A stretch of DNA of 63,457 nucleotides, counting the filler, from Atractiella rhizophila (taxonomy: Eukaryota), in assembly GCA_021432655.1 (NCBI GenBank). It is 6 parts of 6 records of this genome, joined end to end, with 100 filler letters (N's around TTAATTAATTAA, not from the genome) between each part and the next. Parts side by side here need not be neighbours in the genome. Positions count along the whole stretch, not along the records: positions 13,802 to 26,071 come from MU271296.1; positions 26,172 to 46,682 come from MU271297.1; 4 more parts are not named here. One strand, 5' to 3'. The notes beneath the pieces were generated by a model. It made no database searches. It saw only the letters and a list, made by a program, of their open reading frames with translations, and was not told where the DNA came from. Positions within the stretch are counted from its first letter, which is position 1; each line of letters opens with the position of its first letter. A program made the position numbers and the translations under genes. Positions 24,429 through 37,587 of the stretch are shown in pieces.

Positions 24429-24836
24429 CCGTTTAATCACTTCCCACTTCATTTACATTCTACGTGTATCATTATTTGCTTTATGGCTTTGGGTATCAGT
24501 TGCAGGTTTCTTTTGTATCCTTCGTAATTAGTTGGAATGGATTGTTGTATGTTAGTAGGATCTGGTGCGGCAGCTTGATTGCATTGCAAGTCGATGACAG
24601 AAGTGAAAGATGCGGCAAAATGAGGGAAACAGACTAACGTTTGTCACGATAGGTCGCCTTTGATATAAGTGTTCCAATCCCAATGGCCACTATCTATGAG
24701 GTTCGCGCTTGCACTGGGTTCTCAAAGGAGAGTGCTATCGACGATCAGCAATGAAGATAACGAGTAACGGCTACAATTTGGTGTGCGATGGGGAATAACT
24801 TGTATTAACCACATATTATGCACGGAATAAATAATG

Positions 24837-26071
24837 CTAATCCGAATAATCACTCAAGCTATCCTCCTCATAACCTTCTTCAGGCTCATATCTCTTATAC
24901 CTATCCCATCTTGCCAAATCAACCTTCCCTTCATCGTCTCCCTCATCCACAGGTTTCACATTTGCATTAAAGTCCCAATTACCGTCCTGTCTCTTCTCAA
25001 ATTCCCTAAGAATCGCTTCCCGCTCCACATCTCCTACTTTCACAGGTCGCACTTCCCACCCTTCACTTCCTTGTCTCATCCGCACGCGTCGTTGATGGAT
25101 CGCCAATGGCACATCGTCGTCATCGATGAGGTCGCCCTCCTCTCCCTCTGGTGGAGGCTCGTAGTCAGGGTGATATGGTGGAAGAAGGGAGGGGTTTAGA
25201 CGCTCATGGCCAAAGGTGAACGGGTCGCTGGGAGCTCGTGGTGGTGCGTAGGATGGTGAGGCGAACGGGTCTTTCGGAGGCCAGGTATATTGCGAAGATA
25301 GATCTACGTTTCCCCAAGGAAAATGAAAGTCAGTAACAAGCTCAAAGGTAGGCAAAGAAATTTGTGGAGGTGCAGCTTTGGAGCGAAGGAAGGAGTCATG
25401 AGTTGATCCTGCACCAGAATCAACTCCCTTCCTTTTCTTACATAAAGCGGAGATGGAAACGCTCACAATGAACTAGATATACGTCTCCTTTGAGACTCTA
25501 GCGAGAGTTAGACCATCTGCCATTCTTCCTCCACGATCGCCCTCTCCCTCTCCCTCTCCTTCCTCCGCTCCTTCTGCACCTCCTCCATCCAATCAACCTC
25601 CTCACCTTCTCCCTCTCGAACCTTCCATTCTGTTCCTCTTCCTTTCGGTATTCCCCAAAGGCACCAGAGCAACGGGCTATCACCCAACACAGACCGAATG
25701 TTGGCAAGGGGGCCGAGGTCGTAGGGGAACTTCACCTGTGCCAAAGTCCCCAGCAACACTGGTTAGAAGTCGCTAAGAGAGGAAATAGGGGGGAGACTAA
25801 CAGACTGTATCTTGCCTCTCCTGCGCAGCGTGGCAACTTTGTCCTTCTCCCATCCTTCGATGGTCGTGGTGTTATTGAGCAAACCAATGAGGTGATAGAT
25901 GCTAAATGCACCAACAGCGAGGATGACGGGTGCGCCGAAGGTATAGTTCAGGATGAGGAATATAACTTCTTGAATCGACGGTTCACTCCTGTAGGCGAGA
26001 GAACCGAAGGCTCGTTTGGAGATTAGGTACAAGTGGTAGGATGTGGTAATGTCGACGAAAAAGAGGAAGCG
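24837..26071 (-). CDS. PFA4: DHHC palmitoyltransferase PFA4, 3' portion (DHHC motif itself beyond contig edge)
   Basis: RFLFFVD...LILNY...VGAFSIYH...NTTTIEGWEKDKVATLRRRGKI|VKFPYDLG..NIRSVLG; later exon WPPKDP...RVRMRQGSEGWEVRP. Confidence 0.85.
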
Positions 26072-26171
26072 NNNNNNNNNNNNNNNNNNNNNNNNNNNNN
26101 NNNNNNNNNNNNNNNTTAATTAATTAANNNNNNNNNNNNNNNNNNNNNNNNNNNNNNNNNNNNNNNNNNNN
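26072..26171. other. Artificial contig linker
   Basis: N44-TTAATTAATTAA-N44. Confidence 0.98.
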
Positions 26172-27632
26172 GAGACCAATCGCAATCATGACGAGAACGG
26201 AGTAAAAGTCTGTATTCATCTTCAGTAAGTTGGGACAACAAGCAGATCAATTGCGCACCGTGAATGACTCGCTGTTGGTTTGCGATCCTCTCGACATCAA
26301 CCGACATGTAATTTCCGGCTGTCCCTCCACCAATCTCGGTCGCAGCTTCGATGTGAAGGCGGAGCGTCTTCCGATAGATCATTTCGATGAAAAATCCTCT
26401 AAGCACCACTTGAGCTCGGTTAATAGCAAATTGCTTGAGGCCGTTCGTGATGGCAATTATGACGAAAACTAAGGTGAAAGCTCCAACGAGTGACCAACCT
26501 ATATACGGAGGCTCTGGATCGTCTGAAGAATACGACCTGTGTAGAACTTCAATCATCGTAGTAAAAAATTCAATAGAGATACCAACGAGATGAATGTAAC
26601 AAGATCCCCTATTAATAAGGGTTGCGCAATAGTGGCGAGACTGCTAATGATGGTTGGGATCATTGGTGCTGTCAACGGCTGTGTGAAGGTTTGAAGACAC
26701 GTCCTCAAAAGCGGCCAACTCTTTCCCCTTCGTTCAACGCCAGTAAGTTTCATCTCTCACTAGCCTGTACCTGCTTACTTCATCTTCTCCCATACTGGTG
26801 CACCCATCTTCCACAGTCCAGCACTCTCAAGACTGGCATCAATCTCTCCTAAATCTTCCATAGCCAACGGCTTTTTTCTCCCCTTCAACAGCAGCGGGAA
26901 ATACCACGCGAAGCACATTCTCGAAAAGAACCCGGCAGTGCTTTCTGGTGAGAGGATAACAAGTGGGTCATACTCGAGCAGGATGGAGCGCTTGTCCAAC
27001 TGCTCGGTAAGGAGAAGAATGAGGCGGAAGCCGTAGAAAGTACAGTAAGCGACGAAGAAAGGATACTCAGAAAGGTTTGTGAGAGTGTATGTACGAATGA
27101 GGGCAGTTTCAGAGAGTAGACTGCACAGTAGGTAGAGGGACAAGGACAGGGAGGACCGTCGAGAGCGGAAGTGTTCGAGGATTGAAATGGAGAGCGACAG
27201 AAGCTGTCGTTCATTCACACTTGATCAGATTTGATCTGTGAAACACAAGAGGCTTACGGAAGCAACCAAGCTGACAGTCAAAGCAGCTATCACGCTCGTC
27301 TCACTATCCACATTTGGAACATCTCTCCATAACACCAAGCTTGAAATTGCAGCAGCAACGAGACCAAGACCTGCGCTCGCTTTTGACAAGAAGACGAAGC
27401 GTGCAAAGCTCGAGCTTTTGCTCCAGGTCGGGACGAGGCGTCGTTTCGAATAAAGACGATAGAGCCTGACAGCTGCGAGAGGTACGAAAAGCGCAGAGGG
27501 AAGCAGGAGCAGGAGATACGCTTCGAACGAGAGGGTAAAGTCGAAAGTGCGACAGGAGGAGACAGCGACCTGTATGTGACCATCATGATTCATTATTATC
27601 AGAGAGAAGACAGAAGACGCACGCCGCTCCAT
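26172..27632 (-). CDS. ABCC/MRP-type ABC transporter, 5' portion (TMD0 and start of TMD1)
   Basis: CRTFDFTLSFE, LEHFRSRRSS, SPESTAGFFSRMCFAWYFPLLLKG.KKPL.MEDL, AQPLLIGDL, LRGFFIEMIYRKTL, NYMSVDVERI. Start is either 27632 or 27593. Confidence 0.88.
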
Positions 27633-28695
27633 TCGTTAGCACAGAATTCCAATTCCAAAGTCATCCTTCACTCGAGATGCCTTATTTGTCTAAAAGTACC
27701 TGTTACAGCCACCCGTAATGGTTCACCGTTTAATGGTCCAGGTACTTTATGAGCTCTCGGACTTGGTGGAAACCTCCTCGCAGTATCTCGCAGCTGCTTT
27801 TGTGCTCACTCCTGCTTCATACATGACGCCACAACGCGTGCAATCAAGGTGCATTCCCAAAAGAAAGACTCGAGTAACACTCGAAATTGGGAATTCTGAA
27901 TGACTCAAAAGCTGCTCTCATCCGGCTGCGGATGACTCATTCAGCATGCACTGTAGCTATACGTACGAGCACAATGAACTTCTCACATTCCAACAGAATC
28001 ACGCTTCCCCACTGGCAGGCGGATGTTAGGCGATGGACACAGTTGCAATGTGGCATTCGCCTACTTTGCCATTCACGCAAGGCGCTCATTCACGACTCAT
28101 TGTTACTCGCTGCGCAGCAATACCTCTTGAATAAAGTGCCAACCATCAACCATTTGCTATATTTGCCACCTGTCTTGATCTTCCGTTTTTTGTGGTCGTC
28201 CTGCAGAGTCTGGTTGACTCTGGGTTGTTTGGGCTTCATTCAAGTTGGTTTCGGTTGGTTGGTTTTGATCTGGTCACGGTGATGTTATGTCATGTTCTGC
28301 TCCATCGATGCTAATCCGTAGTTAATCCCTTTCTCCGAGCAGCGGGTCATGCGCGCGGGGTAAGGAGTCACGCTGCAAATATTATAAGGGGGCAGTGGTA
28401 ACCGTCTTCAGTGATACTACATTCGTCCAACTCTTCCATTGTACAGTGTGAGGTTCGATTCAGCTTTTATCCCACAAGGTTTGCTCTCCCAAAATGCCAG
28501 TGTCAAACAATGCCGAGCTCCAAGCGACCATGATTTGATATGCCCCACGGGGGTGCCTGCAGATGGCACGTAACTTTGCTCGTCGTTGGAGTTCTGAAGC
28601 TGAAATGACCAGTTCGAGAGAACTCATCTAATGAGCATATTGACGTTGCACACTTAAGAACGCTGACATCTTTTGCCTATTTGTTGTAGTTATCG

Positions 28696-31190
28696 ATGCA
28701 GAATCGCGATCTCGAGAGAGTATCAACGACTACAGAACATACGACCAATTCCAACGTTAGCGCCATGTCATCTTCGCCAGAATTAAAACCGCTATCAGCT
28801 GAGGCTCATATCTCTTTCCCATCACTCGCGTCACTCAAGTTAAGCGATGACGGCTCAAAAGTTGTCTACCTCGTCTCTCCCTCGTACAAAGCGCATGATC
28901 AAGAACATAGCAGCTCAGCGATCTGGATTGCTGACCTCACCTCCGACGCTCCGAAGTCTAGGCAGCTTACCAGTGGCAAGTTCAAGGACCGGAGTCCAAT
29001 TTTTCATCCAGATGGGAAACGTGTGCTCTTCCTCAGTGATAGGCACGAGCGCGGTGGCCCTGCAGCTATCTATGAAATGCATCTTGATGGATTTGGAGGG
29101 GAGCCGGTGCGTTTGGTAGAGGGGAAGGAGAAGGAGAAGAAGGAGGTGCAAAAGTTTAGAGTGACGCCAGATGGCAAGAACTTAGTATTCTCCAAACCGG
29201 TGGAACCTACCGAGGAGGAGCAGAAGCAGGAAAAAGAGAAGGTATTCTCTGCCCTCGCAATTTATATTGAAATGGTGACACTAAACGTCGGAGTAGGACG
29301 ATGCAACGGATCACGATGCTCCTAGACGCACTACCCTGGCCGCTCTCTTCATTTACAACTTCGCTTCCAAAACAACCCGGCAATTACCCACCCCTCCCAA
29401 TCGAAATGTCTTCGACTTCTCTATATCCCCCACATCCAAGGTCGTCGCCGTTTTCACTTCTCCTTCCTCCCTATTAGAGCACCAGGTGACTGGGGCGGAG
29501 CTTTCTCTGATCTCCCTTCAAACCGCCAGCCAAACCGTGGCCCACCCTGTTCCGTGGCCCAAATGTACATCGGGGACAGTTTGCTGGCTGGAGGAGGGGA
29601 ATGAAGAGAAAGTTTGGTTTTTAAGAAACTTTGTCAACGATGATTACTATAGCGACTCTCCTGGTGTCTTCGCGATCAACCTTTCTGATGCCGTATCCCT
29701 GACGCGAGAGGCTGAGGACAAGAGAGCAGCGAAACACATTCATGCCGGAAAAGACTCAGATGCAGCGTCTATCCTTCAGGTCACCTCGGAATATATGGCG
29801 GTGGAGATCGAGCTTGGGCTCGAGACGGGGATTGATATTTTGGACAAGCGTGGTTTCCATCATCGCTTATACACGACGAAGGAGGATTCTATCGACCTGT
29901 TCGATTTGAAGTATGTCAAGGAGCAAGACAAGTGGTTCTTTGTGGCCACCAAGGGATCTGTAGTCAAGGCTGAAGCTCCAGAAGTCTACTTTGGTGTCTC
30001 CAATGGTCTCTCTAGTCACTCGGACCTGCAACTATCAGCCATCTCAAACCATTTCAGCGATTTCCAACCATACCTCTCCACCATCACAGCAAAGAAATAT
30101 GAGTGGAAATCTCGCGACGGCGAGAAGATAGAAGGAGTAACCATTTTCCCCAAAACACACAACTTTGATACAGATGGCCCTCTTCCTACTGTTCTCCATC
30201 CTCACGGTGGACCATATTCGAGGGACACCTGGGACTCCAACCGACTCCGCTGTTCTAGGTGGTCAGTGTTACTGGCGACTAACGGATATCTGGTGCTGTT
30301 GCCCAATTATCGCGGGAGTGAGTCTCCTACTTTCATAGGATGCCGAAAGAAGCGCTCATGGTCTTCCCCGTTCAGGTTCGGGAAGAGGGAGTCTGTTCGC
30401 TAGAGATGCGCATCATGGGTGTGTTAAGGATATCTGGATGTGGGAAAACTCAAAAGAGTTGACAATGTGGAACAGGATGGGAAATAACGACTGGAACGAC
30501 TGTATCACGATGCTGGAGAAGGCGATCGACGATGGATGGGCAGACAAACAACGGTTGGGACTTGGCGGTTGGTCTCAGGGTACGAAAAATCTGCATAAGG
30601 ATCTACGCGATATTAACGTGGAGATATAGGCGGATTTATGACCGACTGGGGTGTGACACAAACGAATATATTCAAGGCTTGCATTGCTGGGGCAGGTGTA
30701 TCTGACTGGAACTCCATGGCCGGACTGAGCGATACACCGACTTTCGAGGTATTAAATTTCCTCCACTAACCTGATAGTCAGCTTACCAACGTAACACAGA
30801 TTGACCTTGGCGGTACTGTTCCTTGGAATCCGAAATTGAACATGGGCAGCGCTATCGAACATGCTTCTAAGGTCGAAACTCCGTTGCTGCTCATTCACGG
30901 GGAGGAAGACGAAAGGGTTTGCTCTTCCTGTACAATGGCAGATGTCGACCATTGACTCTGACGGCAGGTCCCCTTCATCCAAGCCCTTTCGTTCTACCGT
31001 GCCATCAAGCTGGTTGGCAAGAACCCCAACTGTGTGAAACTTGTCAGCTATCCTAGAGAAGGGCATGGATTTGTAGAGCGAAGCCATGCATTGGACTGCT
31101 CGAGGCGGTATGGTCTCTCCTTCGGCAGCCTTTCGTCAATCCTCACTGTGTCGCAGGGTCTTGGAATTCTTCGATACTTGGCTGAAATAA
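28696..31190 (+). CDS. S9 (prolyl oligopeptidase clan, S9C-like) dipeptidyl/acylaminoacyl peptidase with TolB-like beta-propeller
   Basis: RQLTSG...PIFHPDGKRVLFLSDR propeller; PTVLHPHGGPY; GYLVLLPNYRGS; nucleophile GGWSQ|GGF; PLLLIHGEEDER|VP (Asp); YPREGHGF (His); TAA at 31188-31190. Confidence 0.9.
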
Positions 31191-31507
31191 GAATTTTGTC
31201 ATTAAAAATCAATCTGCTCAAATATACACAATTGAAGGTGCAAAGTATTCAACGACGACGAAGTCAGTAGTTGTGTCTGATTGTGGTTGAGGATGCGTTG
31301 CAGTAAAGAAGGGATTGTGAAGTGGACTGTGCGCTCTTTCGAGGACGTGACGTCGAGTACTGTGCTCTTCATTTGCAGAAGGGCTACACAAAATCGTATT
31401 GCAAAACGAGTGCCATTACAGCTTGAGAGCTCGAAATACGAATGAATAGAAATTGCTCAGTAAAACATACCAGAAGATATTTGCCGACTGGGGTGAGAAA
31501 TAGAAAT

Positions 31508-34500
31508 TTAAACTCTGATAGAAGGATGAATACTGTCATTGTGCAAACAGGCTAGCTCCCCTTCAGAATCGATCAAAAGTCTTCCGTCCTGTGGGCAATG
31601 TTGTGAGCTCTCGGATACACATACGGGAACGCCTGCTAAAGTACGAGCGAGGACTTGATGAGAGGTACATTTGAAATCATCGCGGCGCTTGAGATTGATT
31701 CCCAGACCCAAATTGACGTCGACGCAGACTGACAAGCCGAGAGCGTTAACTTCGAGAGTTTGACCAGGAGGACACTTCTTCTTCGAATCGCTGTTATCGT
31801 CTCCCACGTTTAGATCGACGCAAACTTCTGCTCCAAGAGCGTTAACTTCGAGCGTTTGTCCTCGAGGACACTTCTTCTTTGGACGAGGATCGTTGCCGTG
31901 GTCGCCATCGCTACCCAAATTGAGGTCGACACAAACTGCAATTCCGGCGGCGTTGACTTGGAGCGTTTGACCTTTGGGGCAATTCTTCTTTGGGCTGGAG
32001 TCGACATCTCCGCCAAGATTGAGGTCCACGCAGACTTCAATCCCTAGCGCGTTGACATGGAGCGTCTGACCTTGGGGACACTTCTTCTGCGGATGAGGGT
32101 CCTCGCCCAGGTTAACATCCACGCAGACTTGGACGCCAATGGCGTTGACCTTGAGAACCTGACCATCTGGACATTTCTTAACCTTCGGCTTTCCATCCGA
32201 CCCGAGTCCGACACAGACTTGAACTCCCAAAGCGTTGAGCGAGAGGACGGTGTTCCCAGTGCAGCTCTTGCCTTTGTCCGCAACGCAAATCTTCTTGCCG
32301 TTGGTATTCACAGCGACGACTTCACCGTTTCCGCACTTCTTCTGACCATCGCCGGAGGATCCACCGAGACAAACCTGGATCCCGAGAGCGTTGACGGAAA
32401 GGGTCTGCCCAGAGCCGCAAGTCTTCTTCTTCGGTTTGCCATTGTCGCCGACTTCAGCACAGACGTGAAGACCTAACGCATTGATGGAGAGGATTCGACC
32501 ATTGTTACATTTGAGACCGGAATCGCCGACACAGACCTTCGCTCCAGCGAGATTGACGGCGACAACTTCATCGTTGTCGCACTTCTTGTCGGACCCATGC
32601 CTGGGGTTACCGCCGATGTTGATGTTATGATCTGCACAGACCATTCGACCGTTCCTGAAGGTAGGCACTTGACCAGGAGGACAGTTGTTGTCGTTGTCAA
32701 CATTGTTTCGAGGTTTCCCATCGTCGCCGAGTCCAACGCACAGCTGGATTCCTAAAGCGTTAACGGAGAGGACTTGATTATTCCCACATTTGTTACCCTC
32801 GTCCTTAACGCAGACATGCCTGCCTTGACCGTTCATCGCTTGAACTTGACCGTGGCCGCACCTCCTATCCTGACCGTCATCACCGTAATCGCGACCGTCG
32901 TTGTCCTGATTCCCGTGGTCGCGGTTGTTGTGATCCCCATCATTGTCGTCGCGATCCCCTCCATTGCCAGGATGCGGATGTCCTCCAATGTTGATGTTCC
33001 CGTCGATGCAGACTTCAAGACCGAGCCCGTTGACGGAGAGAATTTCGCCAGGACCACAAGGATTGGAGTGGGAGCCACCATTTTTCTATTTCCCATCGAA
33101 TCAGAGAGAGTAAATACTAAGAGGTAGAGGAAAAGTAAACGCACGGGATCGATGCAAAATCCTTTCGAGTTCCGAACCTTCGGCTTGTTGCACTTGACGG
33201 GAACACAGTATCCGCGATCGTTCACGAATTTGTTAGGGTCGTTACAATCCTTCGACTAGCACAAATCCAACTTATCAGCGAACAAGATCTGACGATAATA
33301 AGACGGAGAAAACAGGAAGGATCCAAGATAAACTAAGAAAGTAGCAAAATGAGACGAACATAGTCTGAATCCCCATCGTCATATTCATCGCGCTGACATC
33401 GACCATGGCGGAAACGATAGCCATGAGGACACTTCGTATCGTTCGTATCCTGTATTATTCATTCGATGGTGAACACAGAAGTCCCGTTTTGCTGGCATAG
33501 AGAAGGAGAAGACAAACCCTGTCAACACAATGTCCATTCTTCTTTATTTCTCCAGGAGGACATTTCTTCACACAGCGATCATGCTCATCAGAATATTTGG
33601 TTCCTCCAGGACAAACGTGATTGAGACATTGGCCTGTTATCACCCGAGGGTAAAGTCAAGCTCTGTCAATTCCACAAGGAGGCGATAGGGGGAAGGAAAG
33701 GAAAAACGAACCTTTGTCAGGATCCCAATACTGTTGCTTGTCGCAGTTGTGGTTATCCATGCAGCGACCGCTCTTGTTCGACCAGTGTTTCCCATTTGGA
33801 CAGTTGTTGCTAACACAATTTCCTGTTCCATTGCCAGTGCGTCAATGAAACTCAACTCGTCCAGACAAAAACAGGGAGCAAAGCGAAGTGGTCATGGACA
33901 GGAATGTGGCCCTGAAGGGTTGATGGTTAGAGGAAAGAAAAGAAGGAAGGCGGTAAACCTTCGGGGATTGTGCAGGAAAGCAGAGGGAGACCGGATTGGA
34001 AAAAGGGATAGAGCGGGCGTACAAACGCCACAAAACACGGAAAAAAGAGGGAAGAAGAAGAAGAAAATAGCATAAGTTCTAAAACGCGCACCTTCGCTCC
34101 AATCAAAGTGTTCGTTCCAATCGCAACGATATTTACAACATCCCGCCCCATCATCCCAACGCTCATCGTCGTCGCAGCCGCTGAGGACACATCGATTGTT
34201 GCTCCAATGGTATCCCTTCGAGCACTGGTCCCCAAACGACAATCCCCGTTTAGTAACATCCCCTTTAGCCAGAACACTGAAGTAGACGGATGAAAAGGAG
34301 GGAGAAACGTACGTGGTTGTTGTTACCACCGCCGAGAGGAAAAGTAAACGCACGGGATCGATGCAAAATCCTTTCGAGTTCCGAACCTTCGGCTTGTTGC
34401 ACTTGACGGGAACACAGTATCCGCGATCGTTCACGAATTTGTTAGGGTCGTTACAATCCTTCGACTAGCACAAATCCAACTTATCAGCGAACAAGATCTG

Positions 34501-35684
34501 ACGATAATAAGACGGAGAAAACAGGAAGGATCCAAGATAAACTAAGAAAGTAGCAAAATGAGACGAACATAGTCTGAATCCCCATCGTCATATTCATCGC
34601 GCTGACATCGACCATGGCGGAAACGATAGCCATGAGGACACTTCGTATCGTTCGTATCCTGTATTATTCATTCGATGGTGAACACAGAAGTCCCGTTTTG
34701 CTGGCATAGAGAAGGAGAAGACAAACCCTGTCAACACAATGTCCATTCTTCTTAATTTGTCCAGGAGGACATTTCTTCACACAGCGATCATGCTCATCAG
34801 AATATTTGGTTCCTCCAGGACAAACGTGATTGAGACATTGGCCTGTTATCACCCGAGGGTAAAGTCAAGCTCTGTCAATTCCACAAGGAGGCGATAGGGG
34901 GAAGGAAAGGAAAAACGAACCTTTGTCAGGATCCCAATACTGTTGCTTGTCGCAGTTGTGGTTATCCATGCAGCGACCGCTCTTGTTCGACCAGTGTTTC
35001 CCATTTGGACAGTTGTTGCTAACACAATTTCCTGTTCCATTGCCAATGGGTCAATGAAACTCAACTCGTCCAGACAAAAACAGGGGAGCAAAGCGAAGTG
35101 GTCATGGACAGGAATGTGGCCCTGAAGGGGAGATGGAAGGAGGCGGCAAGGGAAGACAAGAAAAATTGATGCTTAGAGGAAAGAAAAGAAGGAAGGCGGT
35201 AAACCTTCGGGGATTGTGCAGGAAAGCAGAGGGAGACCGGATTGGAAAAAGAGATAGAGCGGGCGTACAAACGCCACAAAACACGGAAAAAAGAGGGAAG
35301 AAGAAGAAGAAAATAGCCTAAGTTCGAAAACGCGCACCTTCGCTCCAATCAAAGTGTTCGTTCCCATCGCAACGATATTTACAACATCCCGCCCCATCAT
35401 CCCAACGCTCATCGTCGTCGCAGCCGCTGACGACACATCGATTGTTGCTCCAATGGTATCCCTTCGAGCACTGGTCCCCAAGCGACAATCCCCGTTTAGT
35501 AACATCCCCTTTAGCCAGAACACTGAAGTAGAGACGGGATGAAAAGGAGGGAGAAACGTACGTGGTTGTTGTTACCACCGCCGTGGTTAGATGGAGAATG
35601 ATCGTCGTCGTCGCAGGGAACGGGTTTGGCGTTCAAGATGGACAGGAGGGGTAAGAGTAAGAGGAGAGATTTAGTCGATAGCAT
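31508..35684 (-). CDS. Secreted cysteine-rich tandem-repeat protein of unknown function (assembly contains a 1.2-kb internal duplication)
   Basis: Signal peptide MLSTKSLLLLLPLLSILNA. About 10 C-x10-12-C modules on short exons, then a terminal exon (31508-~33085) with 16 C-x15-C units such as CPQGQTLHVNALGIEVCVDLNLG. Confidence 0.8.
33126..35583. repeat. Tandem diverged duplication, 33126-34334 and 34335-35583
   Basis: Same exon/intron series twice, with several SNPs and a ~40-nt net length difference, mostly intronic. Confidence 0.92.
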
Positions 35685-36585
35685 ATTGTAGCTAATCAAT
35701 ATTCAAGCGAGTAGCGAAAAGAAGGGCAGGGGTGAATGACAGTGATAGTGAAGAAGGTTGGAGAGAGGACAAAAGTAAAGGCAACCTGAAGCAGGATACA
35801 GAAAGTGAAATCCTCGATAGGGAAACGAGTGGAAGAGGATCTGGCCAGTCTTATAGCTTAAACAAATAGGGGGACCACCATTTCTCACCATCGTCTCATT
35901 AGCCCTTCCCGCTCCCTACTTTCCCACAACGAGCCTTGGCGCTTGGGAACAACGGGAAGAGAATGTCTCAAAACGCCACCCGCGCGTTAGAGATGAGATC
36001 GCACGAGCCGCATGAAGTAGTTTTAAACGGATTGGACGTTTGCTGAGGGACGTGGGCAACAATACCTCCTGCCAGTCCCAACTCCAAAGTTGGAACGCAA
36101 TGCAGAGTGAATCCTCAGGAAATGCATGTTCATCTTTCTCAATCCTCAGATCAATAGACACCTGCTTCAGAAGCTACTGTATCGAACCACATTGCACGCC
36201 TACTCTAGACCACAGGGTACACTCACGGAAAAGTCAAGTCTGAAAAAAAATCAAGCCATCATTGACAAGAGATGAGGCAAGTATGGAAAGAATAAGAAGA
36301 AGTTAAGGCATTATTAAAGAGGTTCATCTCGCACTTTTCTCATCAGTCCGTCCCGTCTCTTCGTACTTTCATAACGAATATCTCAAGCTCTCGTCTCGTC
36401 GATGACGTCGATGTGCAGAAAGGAAAAAAGATGGATTGAAACGCACTCCTCGTCAAACCACGTCAACTACTCTCCTCTCCTCCCTTACTCTCGCCAACCA
36501 CTTCCCTACCTCCATTCCCTCCTCCTCACTAAAGCGGCATAGGAAATACACCGAAGCTGTGGGAGGAGTGAGGGAGGGAGGGAGT

Positions 36586-37587
36586 TTAACAGCAGCCGCT
36601 TGAGGATTGCTGGACGCTCTGTCCTTGCGACACTTTGATGTTTGACTTTCCAGCAGCGTTGACTGGAGCTGAACCCATCCTGTTACATAGCCCACCAATA
36701 TCAATATCCACTCGTTTCTGAGCCAGTGCATGGACTGGGAGGAGGAAAAGGTACGAACCTGTCCTTAATCTGCTTAGCCATGGTCAAGAAAGCCTGCTCT
36801 ACATTCGTCGCATTCTTCGCCGAGGTTTCGAGGAAGGGCTGTACACGCCGGAGACCCATGAACACTGAGCCCAAGGGAGGAAAAACAAAAATCATACGAT
36901 AGTGAGTTGATCCGCAAACTCCTTTGCCACAGTGTACTCCACGACCTTCTTGTTGGTCAAATCGCTCTTGTTCCCGACCAAAAGCTTGTTGACACCCTCA
37001 GTCGCATACCTGTCAATCTCCTGCAGCCACTGCTTCACATTCGAAAACGTGTCTTGGTCGGTAACGTCGTAGACGACAATAATACCATGTGCGCCGCGGT
37101 AGTAAGATGAGGTGATGGTCCGGAATCGTTCCTGGCCTGCTGTGTCCCACTATAACCCATTCCCAACCAACGGTTAACAGCCACACTCCAAGGCGACTCA
37201 TGACCCAAATTTGTACAGGATTTGCGGAGGAAAATGCGTACAATCTGAAGCTTGACAGTCTTCCCCTCCAACTCGATTGTTCTAATCTTGAAGTCCACAC
37301 CAATAGTCGAGATGTAAGATTCCGTATAGGTGTCGTCTGCAAAACGAAGGAGGAGACAAGACTTTCCCACGCCCGAATCTCCAATCAGGAGGAGCTGTCA
37401 TCCCATTCCCAAGTAAGTCCCACCGCCCAGCAGCATCCAATACATGTGCACAGAAGCAAGGAGGGGTGATTAGGAGGGAACAGCACCTTGAAAAGATAGT
37501 CGTCTACATATAATAAACGTCGTCAGCGTCACTCTTTCGAAACCCCAACCAAGCAAAAGCAGCGGATAACTCACACTCTGGGTTCAT
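36586..37587 (-). CDS. YPT1: Rab GTPase Ypt1/Rab1, 6 exons
   Basis: [22 protein letters not shown]...[13 protein letters not shown]...|[22 protein letters not shown]...GNKSD...ETSAK...C-terminal GCC*. Confidence 0.98.

Noticed and set aside
31740..32800. Periodic 'gcgttgac/gcgttaac...gcagac' DNA motifs resembling a CRISPR-like array
   Set aside because: They are codons of the VNALG...VC protein repeat on the minus strand; degenerate and in frame.
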